DNA of 64,000 bases. Origin: Raillietiella orientalis. Its lineage: Eukaryota. Shown here in pieces: positions 27,749 to 40,090 of the stretch. The number at the start of each line of letters is the position of its first letter. Position 1 is the stretch's first letter. The stretch covers positions 2,170,001-2,234,000 of the forward strand of contig JAYWIR010000036.1 of assembly GCA_036172245.1 (NCBI GenBank), read 5' to 3'. A model generated the notes under the pieces. That model had not been told where the DNA came from, searched no databases, and saw only the letters and a list, made by a program, of their open reading frames with translations. The translations under genes and the position numbers were made by a program.

Positions 27749-30700
27749 ATCGTGTTCTCGTCGCGATGCGACAGGGCAGTCTGTGCCTTCCGCCGTGGGT
27801 ACCATGCATGCAGGAAGACTTTTCCTTTCGTTTCTTTGTTTACGGGAAAACGGAGAAACTTTTTCCTCCTCTTTTACGGAAAGGGGATAAAGGGAGGAGG
27901 ATGCAGAGGGACGCTTCTTCGCACGCATTCCTTGAATGGTCACTTTTTCCCTCGCTAGCTTCGTCGCTACGTCCGTCGCTCGGCTGCCCCTCCTGCACGC
28001 CTTGCCTACGTACCCTTCCTCCCCAGAAACCGTCCGGGAAGCTTCCCGGCTTTCTCGGTCTCCTCCTCCTCCTCCTCTCCCCCCCCCTCTCCCCGGTCTC
28101 TCCCCTCCGCCTTCCCGGAGAGAGGCGCGCGCGAATTCCACCTCCGCGGTTCTCAGTGCGCCGAAACCGAACAGAGGGGGAGCGGCGAGAAAGGCGCGGG
28201 GGACGGCGGCGGCAGCGGAAAGGGGTCGCCCGCCTCCGCGCGCTCCTCTTCGCTGATCCTCCCTCCCTCCCCCGCCTGGACTCCCCCTTGCTCCTCTCTC
28301 CCGCTGCCCGGCCGAATTCCCGCGCGCACGGAGACGCGACGGACCCCTCCCCGGTCGAGCGCCGCCGCCGCCGCGGATGCTGCGTCTCCTGCCGGTCGGT
28401 CGCAGAGGTCTTTTCCTGTTGTTCCCCCCCTCCCGTGGCCTTTTTTTTTTTGTTGTCGACTTTCTGGCGATGCTCACGGCTAGAGAGAGAGTGGCATTTC
28501 ATGGACCTCCCTCTTCTCTCTGGTGCGGGCGCGCACTGGCTCGCTTGCCTAGGGGTGGATGGGGGGGATTGGATGGGATCGCGGGGGGGGAGGGTGAGGA
28601 GGAAGATGAGCGTCCACGCACGCGGTAGTCGCGCGGAGCGAGTTGGGTCGGCGATGGCGGCGGCATCCGGAGGGAGAAAGCGCGAGGGCGGAGGAGGACG
28701 CCCACCGCGCGTCCGGAAAGTCCCCTCCCCCTTCTTCTCCCTCTCTCTCCCTCTCCATCCCTGGCACGCCCCGTGGTGCGGGTGACGTCACGGCGAACGA
28801 GGCGCTGCCGCCCGGAGGAGGAGGAGGGGGAGCAGCGAGCGAACCCTGGGCTGCCTCTCTGCCGCTGCTGACGAACGATCGAACTGCTTGCGCGTTCCGC
28901 TCCGCGCGCAGGCACCGCGACGCGTTCGTTACCAAGGGAAACGGGGACGCGCGTTGCCGCTGTCGCCCGACGTGTACGTGTGCGGGACGAGACGGATCGT
29001 TGGCGTCCATCCGCGGGCGCAGCAGCGGTGGAGACGTCAGAGAGGCGAGGGCGTGTCCAGCCTGCAGGACAAAACGCTCTCCTTTCCCGCTTCCCTGTCG
29101 CTCTTGCGGCCGTCGGAACTCTCCCGACTTTCTCCTCCTTGGGGATCCGCACGGTCGCCCACCGTCGCCTGACGACGGGCGCGAAACCTTGCGTTCGTTA
29201 ACCTCCCTATTCCATCCACCCCATCCCACCCCAAGCTGCTGTCGACCGATGCCGCTTGCTGCAGCAGCCGGTGGTTCCCTGACGCCACCGTGAGAGGCGC
29301 GTCGGACGCGCGGACCCCGCCTCCCCGTAGACTCCCGCCGCGAACCCTGTCGGTCCGGAGCCCTCCCGCTTCCCCGGGAACTCGCTCGCACCGAGGTTCG
29401 CTCGCTCGCGTTCCCGGGCACTCCGCGACGCGGCAGGTCTGGGATCGGCGTCGCGTCGGGGGCGCGACCCCAAGCATCGGGAGGGAGCGACCTCCGCTGG
29501 CGCCGCCGCGGACGGTGATTCTTCCGTGGCTTGCGACGGCCCCCCAGCAACTGTCTTTCCGGCGGACCGGGTCACCACTCTGGCAGATCCGCGAGAGAGA
29601 CCCAGCCCGGCCCGGGAGTGGGCATCGTCGGCGGGCCAGTTCGGTTTCCGCTCGTCAGAGGGGAGGAGTCGGCGGCTCAGGTGCGCAATCACGGCGGGCG
29701 CCTTGCGTTCTCTGCAGATCCCGGCTTTCACTTTCACCACGAGTGGCATTTCACTGTGGATGCTCTCCGTCGCTGCGGGAGCATCCACTCGACTGGGACG
29801 CGTTCCTGAGCCCCGACTGCGCTTCCGTAGTCGGAGTGAAGATGCACCTCGTGATGGCAGATTCGTCGTGTACCACGTCCACTGCAGACCTGCCGTTGCC
29901 TCCGTCGTGCAACCACGTGGTTTTCCACTGCGGGTGCGCGCGATAACCACCGACTCTCATGCGTGTGTCGCAGAAATGTTCCGTGCAAAGACGGGTCATG
30001 GCACGCACGCGCGCATCCACCGCAGATGCATGTCCACTTTCTTTGGCCGTGGATGCGCCCAGCCACAGGCAGCCGCTCACGGGTTCGCCATGCGTTTGCC
30101 TGAGATGCCGCGCTTCCTGCGAAGACGCGTTTCCACGCGACACGGAAGCGGTCACCGTTCCCGGCCGTATTCCCCTCGTGAGCAAGCATCCCCCCCTCTG
30201 TCCGAAACGAGGGATTCGTTGTGGAACTAGCGGCTCCCGTTTCTAGGGTCCCCCCGTTCTCGTCACGCCGTTGCGAAGGTCCGCGAGGGGGAGGGGGAGG
30301 GGGAGGAAGACGGGAGCGAACGGTGCGGCAAGTAAGGTGGAGCTGCTGCTGCATTTCCGGAGATTCCCGACCTGCCCGCGAAGGGTGGGAATCGTGAGCG
30401 ATGGCTCCGCAGCTGCCGAAGGGAGGAGGCGTCCTGGGAGCGCGGGGGTAAAACTCGAGAGAAAGCGGAGCTGCGGAAGGGCGGCTTCGCTCCCCCACAC
30501 GGGCCGAGCGGAGTGGCGAGCGCGCCCGCGCATGTGCACGCGCCCACACATGTACGCGTGGTGCACGTGAGTGGGGTAACTGGGGTGGGGTCTTGGTGTC
30601 CTGCATAGGTTGCTCGTGCAACCTACACTCCTACGTTGGCGGGAAGGCGGCGCTAGTCCGCCGATGGTTGGGTTCGCCTTGTTTTGTGCACCTCCCGTCA

Positions 30701-31381
30701 GAGGCGCCACCGAGCTCCCTCCGCCGCCGCTTGCTCGCGTTTCCGGAGCAGCGGGACTCCGAATTCCTTGATGGGGGAGGGGGTTGGCTCGAAGGAGGAG
30801 GAGCGCCCCCTCTTTAACCTGTCGACTTTGCAGACGCCCCGGTTCAGTCTCCCCTTTCACCCCCCGGCATCGTCGTAGATAGAGGGGTCGGGGGTGGGGT
30901 GGACGGATGCGAAGACCATTCCTTCCCCGAAAGCACGGAGTCCCCTTGCGCGCAAGCGTGAGGGTTTTCCATTGGCTCGCTGGGATGACGTGTCAGTGGC
31001 GTTTGCTGTTCCGCGGGCAAGTTGTCGCTTCGGTACCAGTTCCGTCCTCTCTCTCTCTCTCTCTCTTTCTCCGTCTCCGGCGCGCGCGTATGTGCCGCGC
31101 CGCCCAGCGGCCGTCCGCGCAAAAGGGGGACGAGGCGAACTCCAAGTTTGCCTCAGAGAGGTCGCTGCTTCGGGAGCCGCCAGAACGAAATGGCAGAAGC
31201 ATGCGGCGGAGCGGTCGGTGCTTTGGGAGGGAGGAGGGGGGGAGTGCGCGCGTGTTTTCGGGAAAGGAGCGCGCGCGCGCGGTTTCGAAATCTCCAAGTA
31301 GGTGCGCACCTATCGTCCCGTGCGGAGGAAACCACAGATCAATACTGGCTCGGGGCGGATGCGCGCCTAGTGCACGCGCGC

Positions 31382-31472
31382 AAGCGGAGAGGAGAGGGGG
31401 GGGGGAGGAGAGGAAGCGGAGAGGAGAGGGGGGGGGAGGAGAGGAAGCGGAGAGGAGAGGGGGGGAGGAGAG
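31382..31472. repeat. Purine-rich minisatellite, ~30-bp unit x3
   Basis: AAGCGGAGAGGAGA(G)nAGGAGAGG occurs three times with a variable G-run. Confidence 0.85.
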
Positions 31473-33099
31473 GAGGCGGGGACGCCCCCTCCTCTCCTTC
31501 AGGGCTCATACAACAATGGTAGCTGGGGACGGTGGCGTGTTACTCCCCCTGCTGGCGTTTGCCTCGCGAAGGTACTCGGAGCGCCATCTCTGCGCAAAAA
31601 CTGTTACACGCATTTCCTTTCTTTTTTTTTGTTGCTGCTGCTGCTGCTGCTACTGTCGTCCCCAGTGCTTACATCTTTCACAACAATCTTTGTTTAAAGC
31701 AAATCGATTCCCTATGAAAGGAATGGGGAGGGTGATGAGAAGCTGAGGTCAAAAAATAATCAGCGGAGGTTTTTTAATTCCTGCAGCATGCAGAGGTGGT
31801 CCCTGAATGATCTGGACGGACTGACGTCACGCATGGAAAGGAAAAAGAAATGGAAATCCCCCCTCGCCCCTCGAAATCCAGGGACAGGCGAACCATCCCG
31901 GAACCCTCCATTTTCTGCGGGATGGGTGACCGGGGTCTGCAGCATCCATTCCTCTGCTTTTCCTCAGCGTAGCTTCGGGCTGCAGCTCTTCGAAAAATGC
32001 GGTTCGACTCCCGAAAAACTTTCTTTTGTCATTCGGCGCTTCGTGCTAGTCTCCAGGATCTTCCCACATCCTCAAAAGCCCCCCACGAATCGCACTGGCC
32101 CCACCACGCGTGGGAAGGATGCAACACACGAGGATGTGGGGCCGCGTGGCCCCCGGAAACCTACTGGGGCGCGGCAGCGTATGCGCTGCGTGAACGGGGA
32201 GGAAGAAGGGTGCAGGAGATGTTTGCCCGACCTTGCAAGCCAAATGCATCCTTGGAGCCGACCGCAGGAAGTTGCGATTCGAAGTAGTGCGCCGCGGGGA
32301 ACAGAGATGGCACGTAGAGGCGGACTTTCTGGTGTTCCGTAGTTCCCCGGGGTTTCGCTCGGCATTTTCCAAGGGCCATTTTTAATAGGCAAGTTTTCGC
32401 AGCTGCAGAAGTCTTTTTTTTTTTTTCCTTCGAAATTCCACCGTTACTCGGCAAGAAGATGATGACCTTTTTTTGGAAATTCCTTGGTCGCTGAAATCAC
32501 GTGGGTGTTGGCGCTGACGTCTCTGGAAAACATGTAGGCTGGCGTGGAGGTCTCCCGGGAAAGGCACCGGTCTCCAGTTCGAATCCACGAGCGGCGGCGT
32601 TGCCCTGCAAGTGGCCCGGTTCCCTGTTTGGGGAGTTTAGGGTCGATGCGCTGTCCAATGGGGGAGGGGAGGGGAGGAGGGGAAGGGTACGCCGAGGGGC
32701 TCCCGCTAGCGACTATCGATCCGCCCACGCCTACTGGGGGCGGGGGGTGAAACACTTCCTCGTACACAGATCGCTGCGAATGCAGGTTCTTGTTCACACT
32801 GTTACTCCGTTCGACAAGTCGTGGTTGACGGACGGGTGGTCAGCCGAGTGCAGCGGCAGCAGCAAAGAGTCCTTTGGCTCTGTTCGTCCCTCCCCCCCTC
32901 GCGCACTTGCTCCTCCTATCTTGTCCCCTCCCCTTTTTCCTTTGTGCTTGGGGTACGCCGTCATCTGCTTGCGTTCCCCCAGAAACATCGGTCTCACCGC
33001 GTCACGGAATGCATGGTGGACGGTGCGGAGCGCACGAAACCCACGGCCTGCGCGTGTGAAAAATGCGCGTGCGCGATGCCAAAAAGTGTGGGTTCGGGG

Positions 33100-33400
33100 A
33101 TAGACTGGGGGTCCACGTGTCCCTGCACGACGGGGGACGAAGAAGAGCGTTGCCTGGGGAGTGTCTGTTCCATCACCGTGGCTCAGGGACGTGGGAGGCA
33201 GACCACCAATTCCGGGAGATGAAGAATCTGGTAACACTGCGCCCGGAAGACCGTCCGTCACTCCGGATGCGATTCGTTCCCGCTGGCATGGACGGGATTG
33301 GGAAGCAGGAGGTACCAAACGCTCAGCGACTCCAGAAAGTGGACTCAGAAGAGCTTCGCGGATCGCGTTTCCATGGTCCTGGGAACCCTCATCACGTATG
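33100..33400 (+). mobile_element. Decayed L1/Tx1-like ORF2 fragment (end of RT / post-RT)
   Basis: RKWTQKSFADRVSMVLGT resembles the L1/Tx1 W..LSxxGRxxLxKS motif and the paralogous LSHKNVTLHGRVSCVLKT at ~38950-39000. Confidence 0.4.
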
Positions 33401-34959
33401 CGTGCGTGTGTGTGTGTAGGAAAGGCGTCCGTGCGCGCGGGGACGGCGGACAGGGGTCGTGTGTTTTCGTTCCTCCGGGACACGAAACCGCGGTGTTCCT
33501 TCCCGCGCAGTCGCCGCTGGCAGTGGCGAAGGAACGCTCAGGGTTTTTCACCCACGTGACACCACCCACGGCTGAGGTGAAGTGCGGAGCAGCAGGGCAA
33601 TGACTGGGACCGAGGCAGCAGCGCAGTTTCGTCCGGGAGGAGGGGGGGAGGGGACGCAGAAGGGGAAGGGGAAATCCCGACGGGGGCTGGCGCGAAGTTT
33701 CGGGCATCAAGGGAACGGCCAAGGAGGCGGCAGGGGTTTCATCAGATCGACGGCGGTGGTGGCGGGCCTTCCCGACTTCCGACCTGGCGTGGCAGCCGCC
33801 GGTGCGCCACCCGACGAAGCAGCTGGCTTCTGTGTGCGGGAATCTTCCCCCCAGATTCCCGGCCGGAGGTTCCCTCACGGCCGGCGGGATGCACGCCACG
33901 TCGCCAGGACTCCCTTCTCCAGGACCTGCGGGTGCTTCTGTTTGGAAGCGGTCCCAGCGCGAACCCAAGGAGCGGGTTGGGAACACGGATGCTGGCTCAC
34001 GGGAGAGCCGCTTCCCGGCATCCGCGCGGGCGCGTTCATACCGTGGTCTTGGACGCTGTAGGTTTGTCGTCGGCGTCTAGCAGCGCCAGGCGCGTTTCGT
34101 CCGTCGCCTAGGAACAGCTTTCGTCCCGGGGCAATGGTCTCGGGATGGGAGTCATCGCGTGTCCCGCACGTTCCCAGTGGGCGGTTCGCCCCCCCCCCCC
34201 TCCTTATCCCATCCTCGCCTTCGCGTTGGACGGCGCATCCAGTAATCTTTCATCACTGCACGTTTCATTTGCAATGTGGCAGAAAATCGGGTTTTCGGGA
34301 GCCACGTTTCGCTCTCATCGCCTCCGACGAGTTTTTTTTTTTTTTTTTTGTTGGAAGAACCATTGGCATCCCTGACATCCTGCGGGATTGGAAATTCCCC
34401 GGCTGCTCAAGAAGAGAGCGAACCCGTCCGCTCGCTTCTTATGCATCGCGAGGCGGTGCGTCCCGGTGAGTTACCAGCAGAGGAGCGTCGCCGGGATCGG
34501 ACGTCAAAATCCATGGGAACCCTCTGGCTTTTTAGCACTCCAAGAGCCCGGGGGAAGAACTCCTGCTGTTTGATAGCTCGAAGACGGTCTGGCGCGCGCT
34601 CCCCCCCACCTCCTCTTGGCCGCGTGCAGAGTGGGCGTATTCTTTGTTCGTTAGCTTTCGGCTGCAGAGATCTCTCAAGATGACGATGGATGCTGCAAGG
34701 GCCGTCTCCTTCGCAGCCACCGCGGTCTCCGAACAGGCGACTCTGGACTACCGGTGAGGACCGAGGGGGCTTTGTGTCGCGTATCTTCCACATCGGAGGC
34801 AGGTGGGGCGCGCCAGCCAAACATAGCGGAAGAATGGAACTGGAGGCTCGCTGCGAGCTCTTTGCCGGTCATCTGCACAGCACTCTCCCCGCGGCCGCCT
34901 GGTGACGGCCGGAGGATCGCTTCGGCCGTCGTTCACTGACTCACGACGTGCTTGTCGCG

Positions 34960-35135
34960 TCTCACATCTGCCCAGGCAGTGGAGGTGACCCCAGGGACAT
35001 TTTCAGGCTCTTCTCGCGTGCCGCCCTGCTCCCGGCCGCGTCTGTAGCAGTGTTGTGCTGCATTCGTGGAATCGTGGCGGCACGGAACGCGTCCAGAAGA
35101 GGACAGAATGGCAGGGATGCCATCCATTGGATCAA
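34960..35135 (+). mobile_element. Decayed LINE ORF2 C-terminal fragment
   Basis: AASVAVLCCIRGIVAARN aligns with AALAALCCIRGMVAVWN (~36.3 kb), CCLGGIVAAWS (~37.96 kb) and LCCLCGGTVAA (~46.6 kb). Confidence 0.6.
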
Positions 35136-35149
35136 AGAAAAAAAAAAAA

Positions 35150-35890
35150 AGGCCAGTAGCGATGTCACGGGAAGATCGTCAGTATTGGCCTGGGAAATTC
35201 TTTTGGGATCTTTTCTGCTTTCGTTGCTTTCCTTCCAGCGTTTGTTGTCTTTCTTTTTTTTGGTTAGCCAAGTGCTGAAGAACCGTCCACCTCCTTGGGG
35301 GAGGAGGTTGGTGCTCACGAGGTTCTTTTAACACCTCACACGCCGCCCTAGGTGCTTGTGACTCTTCCAGTTATAGGGGGTGACCCCGAAGAACCACCCC
35401 ATGGATCCAGGAAGGCTCCTGAGGAAGGAATCCGTTCCTCCCTTACGCTCGAGATGGAACCCTCGCCCTGGTTGTCTCCAAAGGGGACCATCTCTTCTTT
35501 GTTCTCTCCGGACCTCCTGCCCCTCGTTTCTTTTCCGAAGGAAACCTGGAAAGGATCCGCTCCCTGTTCACTCCCCACTAAAGAGTTTTCCAAAGGGAGC
35601 AACACGCTTCTTGATACGTTAGAGAGGCGACCCCCTGAGGGGGGTATCAACTAGCTCCGTGATGCGAGATGGAGGGTTCTCCCGAAGGAAGGGGATGGCT
35701 GCCTTTTCATAACCGGGGAACAACCCTGAAGGACTCCTTGATGTCCTGGAAGGACCTCAGAGGGTCATTCCCGATCTCAACCACTCAGCAGGGACATCCG
35801 ACTTCCACTGGTACCGCGCCCGAAGCCTAAAGGCCAACCAGCGTCGTGCCGCGGATGGAGGGGACTCGGAACCCACGACGTTCTCTTTGG
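35150..35890 (-). mobile_element. Decayed LINE ORF2 fragment (EN-RT linker to early RT)
   Basis: DNA homology by eye to 47060-47650 (+), 39715-39900 (-) and 46100-46190 (+). SEQGADPFQVSFGK resembles KSPGPDGFxxEFYK, and NLLPQGGGRFFSTWLTKK resembles SLLNxDxKIFxKILAxR. Confidence 0.55.
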
Positions 35891-35949
35891 ATCCCAGATC
35901 GCAGAAGACGGGGAACTGCAGTCGCGGTAGCTGCTTGGTGCTGCTATCC

Positions 35950-36860
35950 GGTCTAGCCGGAACGTTTACTGAACACCCACAGACTTGCAGCGTGTGGTGA
36001 GGCACGCAGTGCCCCCACTCTCGAGCGCAGTAGGACCTGCCGGGTTGCCAGTAGTGCGCAGACCAGAGAGATAAAGACCCACCTTGGCAGCAGAGGAGAG
36101 GGGAAAAATAAAAATAAAGGAAGCCACTGTGGAGGGTCGGGAAGGGATCATCGCTCACTCGAGGAAGTCCTCTGCATGCTTTTCAGGATGCCGACTAGGT
36201 CCGTCCTAAATGCACCCAGGTGGAACCATCTGTCTGCCATCCGCAGAAAGAGAACGGCGAGCTACGTGGCATCCCTCTCGTCCGCTCCTGCCTCAGCGTC
36301 GTTCCAGACCGCCACCATCCCGCGGATGCAGCAGAGAGCCGCTAAGGCTGCGGCTGGCGGTGAGGCATCCCGCACGAAGAGGAGCCGTGAAACGTCCCAG
36401 GAGTTGCCGACCGCGCTTTCGCAGGGTCTTCCCACTCCCCACAGGGGCCGGAGGGCAACGCAGTCCACGTGCAGGTGCTGGAGGGATTCGCGCTTCCCGC
36501 ACCTGCGACAGTCCGGGCTGATACTTTCCAGTGTCCAGTGGTGTCTGCGAGCGTTGCAGGGGAAGATCGCAGTACAACAGCAGAAGTGCCGACCCCCCTC
36601 CACTTCAGGGGAAGGGATCCTTCTGTCCGCAAGCAGACCACTTCAGGCCATCGAGGAGACTTCACTGCAGCTCGCCCCATCTCTGGGGAGGCGCCTGGAG
36701 TGCAGCATCCGTCAGCCGCCGCCTCGCGGTTTGATCGTTCCCTTCCTTCCGTCTGCGATCCCTCGCGCGGTACTCCACCTCGCTGGGAGGCTGTCGCCAG
36801 CCGCTCGGCGCAGGCTGGCCCGACAGCGGTCGCAAGGTGGGCACAAAGGGAGTCGATGAA
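35950..36860 (-). mobile_element. L1/Tx1-like non-LTR retrotransposon 3' end (CCHC zinc-binding domain plus 3'UTR), copy A
   Basis: CRRCGKRESLQHLHVDCVALRPLW is a zf-RVT-type CxxC..E...H....C...W motif. Internal stop at 36262, terminal TGA at 36148-36150, and a 3'UTR shared with copies B and C. Confidence 0.75.
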
Positions 36861-37279
36861 GAAGCAGGGTGCATTCACAGATGAACACGAGTATTTGCAC
36901 TGGCGATGAGAAACGGGAGCGTGGATGCCAGAACAAACAGGAGTGTTTGTTTAGCGAGTGTGCCGCAGGGAATGCAGCTGAGAGAGCAAACAGAAAGTTT
37001 CATTCCGCAGATCCGACAGCCGAACCGGAAGAGCGACTGTTTGTGCTCTGATCGCGGTGCGGAAGGAGGGGGGTGAGGGCGCCGAAACGAACGGCACCCT
37101 CACGCAGCCTTTGGGTTGCAGGTAGATCAGAGCCCGATTCGGAGCTTTGCGGCACCCATCCATCCATCCATCTTCTAGGGAATCCGCGGATCTGGAGACT
37201 GGGGAGATGTTCGAGGGGGCGAACAGGAGGAGTAAGGGTGCAAGTTAGCAAGACTCCGTTGCCACGGTGACCGGGAGGA

Positions 37280-38380
37280 AGGGTTCTTGCGCGGAGAGTC
37301 GACCGGGGTGTGGGCAGTGGCGGTTAGTGCAGAACCCGCACGCAAGTGGTGCGGTCGGCGCAACTCGAAAAACCAAACCCGCGCGCCGGAACGCTGGCTC
37401 GTCGGCTGCGCCAGCGAGGGGAAGGCGGCGATTGTGTTGCGAAGAGGTGAGGTAAGTTTTCGAGCGGCGTCAAGTGGGAGGACAGAGAGAGAGGGGAGAA
37501 AGGAGGAGAGGAAACCTCTTTCCGTGTCCAGGACGCGCCCTCGTGCCGGGTCGTTGGCTCCCGGAATTCGTAGCCAAGAGGTGGGTGGCGACGCTTCCTG
37601 CGACTCACATCGTGGTGAAGCAGCGCGTGCGTATCCGCGACCTCCGCACCTGCGACAGTGACCTCAACCCGTCCCCAGGAATCAGCACTGCTGCTGCTGC
37701 ACTGGGACCTCTCTCGTATAACGCTCGCCGGCATCACTGGGGAAGTGTAGGGTGGGGTGGACCCGAACTATGGCAGGTGCGGGGAGCGTGAATCCCTCTT
37801 CCACCTGCTTGTGGATTGCGTTGCTGCCCTCTGGCCCCTCTGGAAATGCTTCGCTGCGACCCAAGGAACCCCCGAAGGCGACCCCAGAGGACGTTTTACG
37901 ATTCATCCTCCTACGCGACGTCTTTCTGCCGGCAGTCTCGCCAGCATCTCCCTGCTGCCTAGGCGGGATAGTGGCGGCCTGGAGCCACACAGGAAGAGGA
38001 TCGAGCGACAGGGATGTTACATCCGCTTGGCCGTCCGCTTCATGAGGATGGCGACGAGATGGCCCCACCTGGAAAACAACATCCAGCAAGAGCTTGCCGG
38101 CATCCTCGAAAGGATGCAGAGGACTGCTGCCAGAAGGACGTGATCCCCCCCTCCAAAAAAAAAAATGGTTTTATTTTTTTATTTTGTTTCTTTTTCTTGT
38201 TTTGTTCGCCTCCTTCCCTCTGCTACCGTAGAAAACCTCACCGGTCTGCGTGCCGGTACCCGGCAGGTTGGTTCCGAAAAGGACGTGCTTGGACCACTGG
38301 TCTAGCCACAGAGATCGTAAATGTTTGTTCTTTTATGAGATAAACGCTCCGGCTCACCTGGATGACAATCAACCCGTTCC
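37280..38380 (+). mobile_element. L1/Tx1-like retrotransposon 3' end, copy B (inverted relative to A)
   Basis: RCGERESLFHLLVDCVAALWPLW, then after frameshifts LAVRFMRMATRWPHLENNIQQELAGILERMQRT and a stop at 38141-38143. Shared 3'UTR. Confidence 0.75.
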
Positions 38381-38869
38381 CAGGAGCTCGCAGTGCCCTT
38401 CGCCCGCTTTCCTTGAGGGACCTGTGCCCCCCCCCCTCCCTCGGTCGAAGTGCTGCTCTGAACGAAAGAGTCGACGTCGCTCCGACTCGACCCCCTCGCA
38501 TCGTGCGCGGCGCACAGTCTCCCACTTCGCCAGGATCGGTACTTCCCGTCCGGAAAGATCGTCACTCTGGACTATGGGAAAATTTCCGCGTTGGCGGAAT
38601 GGGGAAAGTGATAGCAATTATGCGCGACTGACCCCTGACACGAAAGGGCAATTCAAGTTCTTCCCTTCTCCTTTCGGATAAGGAGCTAAGAACGAGAGCA
38701 GGGAGCGGAAAAGTTCCAAGGTCTTCAGGGTGGAAAGAGCTCAACTTAGTAAAGAGGAGGTCTCACTTAGGAACTACTTCGAGGGTTTGGACGTCCCTTC
38801 CTTCCAGAAACGGAGCGACGTTTCCTTCGTTTCTTTTTTTTCTATTGTTTGCTGCGTCCCCCCCCCCCT

Positions 38870-40090
38870 CCCTCTAGACGACCACTTTTCAATCTGATGG
38901 AAAAGCTCTCCAGGTCTGTCCAGGTTCCTATCGCCAGACGCGTGGTTTTCAGCACGCAGCTGACACGGCCGTGTAGGGTGACATTCTTATGGGACAGTGT
39001 CCTCGTGCTGGCCCCTGTGGAGGATTTGTTTTTTTGGGACTTCCCACAGCATTTCTTCGGCAACAGATTGCCAAGGGCCACGTTTAGGAAGCTCACCTTC
39101 AGGTGAGCTTCCTAAACGTCGTTCCTTCCTATGCGGTCGCCGGCACTTCGAGAGCAGCTTCCGCCTGGAGACTGATGCGCGGGCAAAGAGCTCGAATGCT
39201 TTCCCTACGAAAGCAAGAACGCGAGAAGTGGCTGATGGGGAGGGGAGGGGAGGGGGTACAGGGCACGTCTTAAACGTATGCAGGTGTTTCAGTATCAGCA
39301 AAGCCCCCTGAAGCACGGAGATCCAAAGAACCTTCTGTCAGAAAACAAAAACAAAAACAAAAACAAAGGAACTCGCGCGCATGTGAGGAATCCTATAGTG
39401 CACCGGGTCACGTGTCTGGCGTGCTGCGTCGACGAATCTTCTGGAGCGCAATCACGTGACGGAGGAGGGTGGACGCGGCGTGGAATCCAGAAGCACGGAG
39501 CATCTCTTGAGCTCCGAGTCCCATCGGCTACCCGCGACTTTGTCGTCGTCTTGTACGCTGACATCGCCGTGGAAGCTTCGCACCCTCCGTCTCTTCATCA
39601 CCACGCTGCTGAGGCTCACCTTAAAAATCTCTTGTCTTATAGCAGGTTGTAGCAGACTACACGTTGGGTTAAGAGCACGACAAGCGGTCTGCACTGCTTG
39701 CACCACTGCTGGGAGGGTCTCTTTCTTCCTTTCTTTTGGCTCGCCAAGTGCTGTAAGAGTCGTTCACCTCCTTAGGGGGAAGTCACGAAGCCGACGATAG
39801 CAAATGTAGGGACTGACTTAGTGTATGACTCAGCACCTGAAGCAAACGGGGGCCGACCAGCGCCATCCTGTGGTTAACTCGGAACCCACGACACAGTCTC
39901 TGTTTGTCGGCGTCGACCCTTCCCCGGGCGAGATTCGAACCCGCGACGCCGCTTGGTGCCACGCGCGGAGACGGCAGGCAGATGGCCGCCAACGTGGTCT
40001 GGGTTAGAAGCCTCACGAATGCCGGCGCTTCTCGCAGCTTGGTCGGAAGAGGTTGTCGAGCTAGGGTACGGGTTCTGTCCGACGTCCTCT
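38870..40090 (-). mobile_element. Decayed, internally deleted LINE ORF2 (EN end, RT core)
   Basis: In minus-strand order: NPDH (SDH-like), shared linker segment, frameshifted SAY-DD (YADD-like, ~39545-39561), AFELFARAS..LSKC (RT F...SGL.IN..K-like, ~39140-39200), TLHGRVSCVLKT. This is the expected L1/Tx1 motif order. Confidence 0.6.

Noticed and set aside
31920..31932. GGATGGGTGACCG matching the 5S rRNA box C region
   Set aside because: Only ~13 nt match and the flanks are unrelated to 5S.
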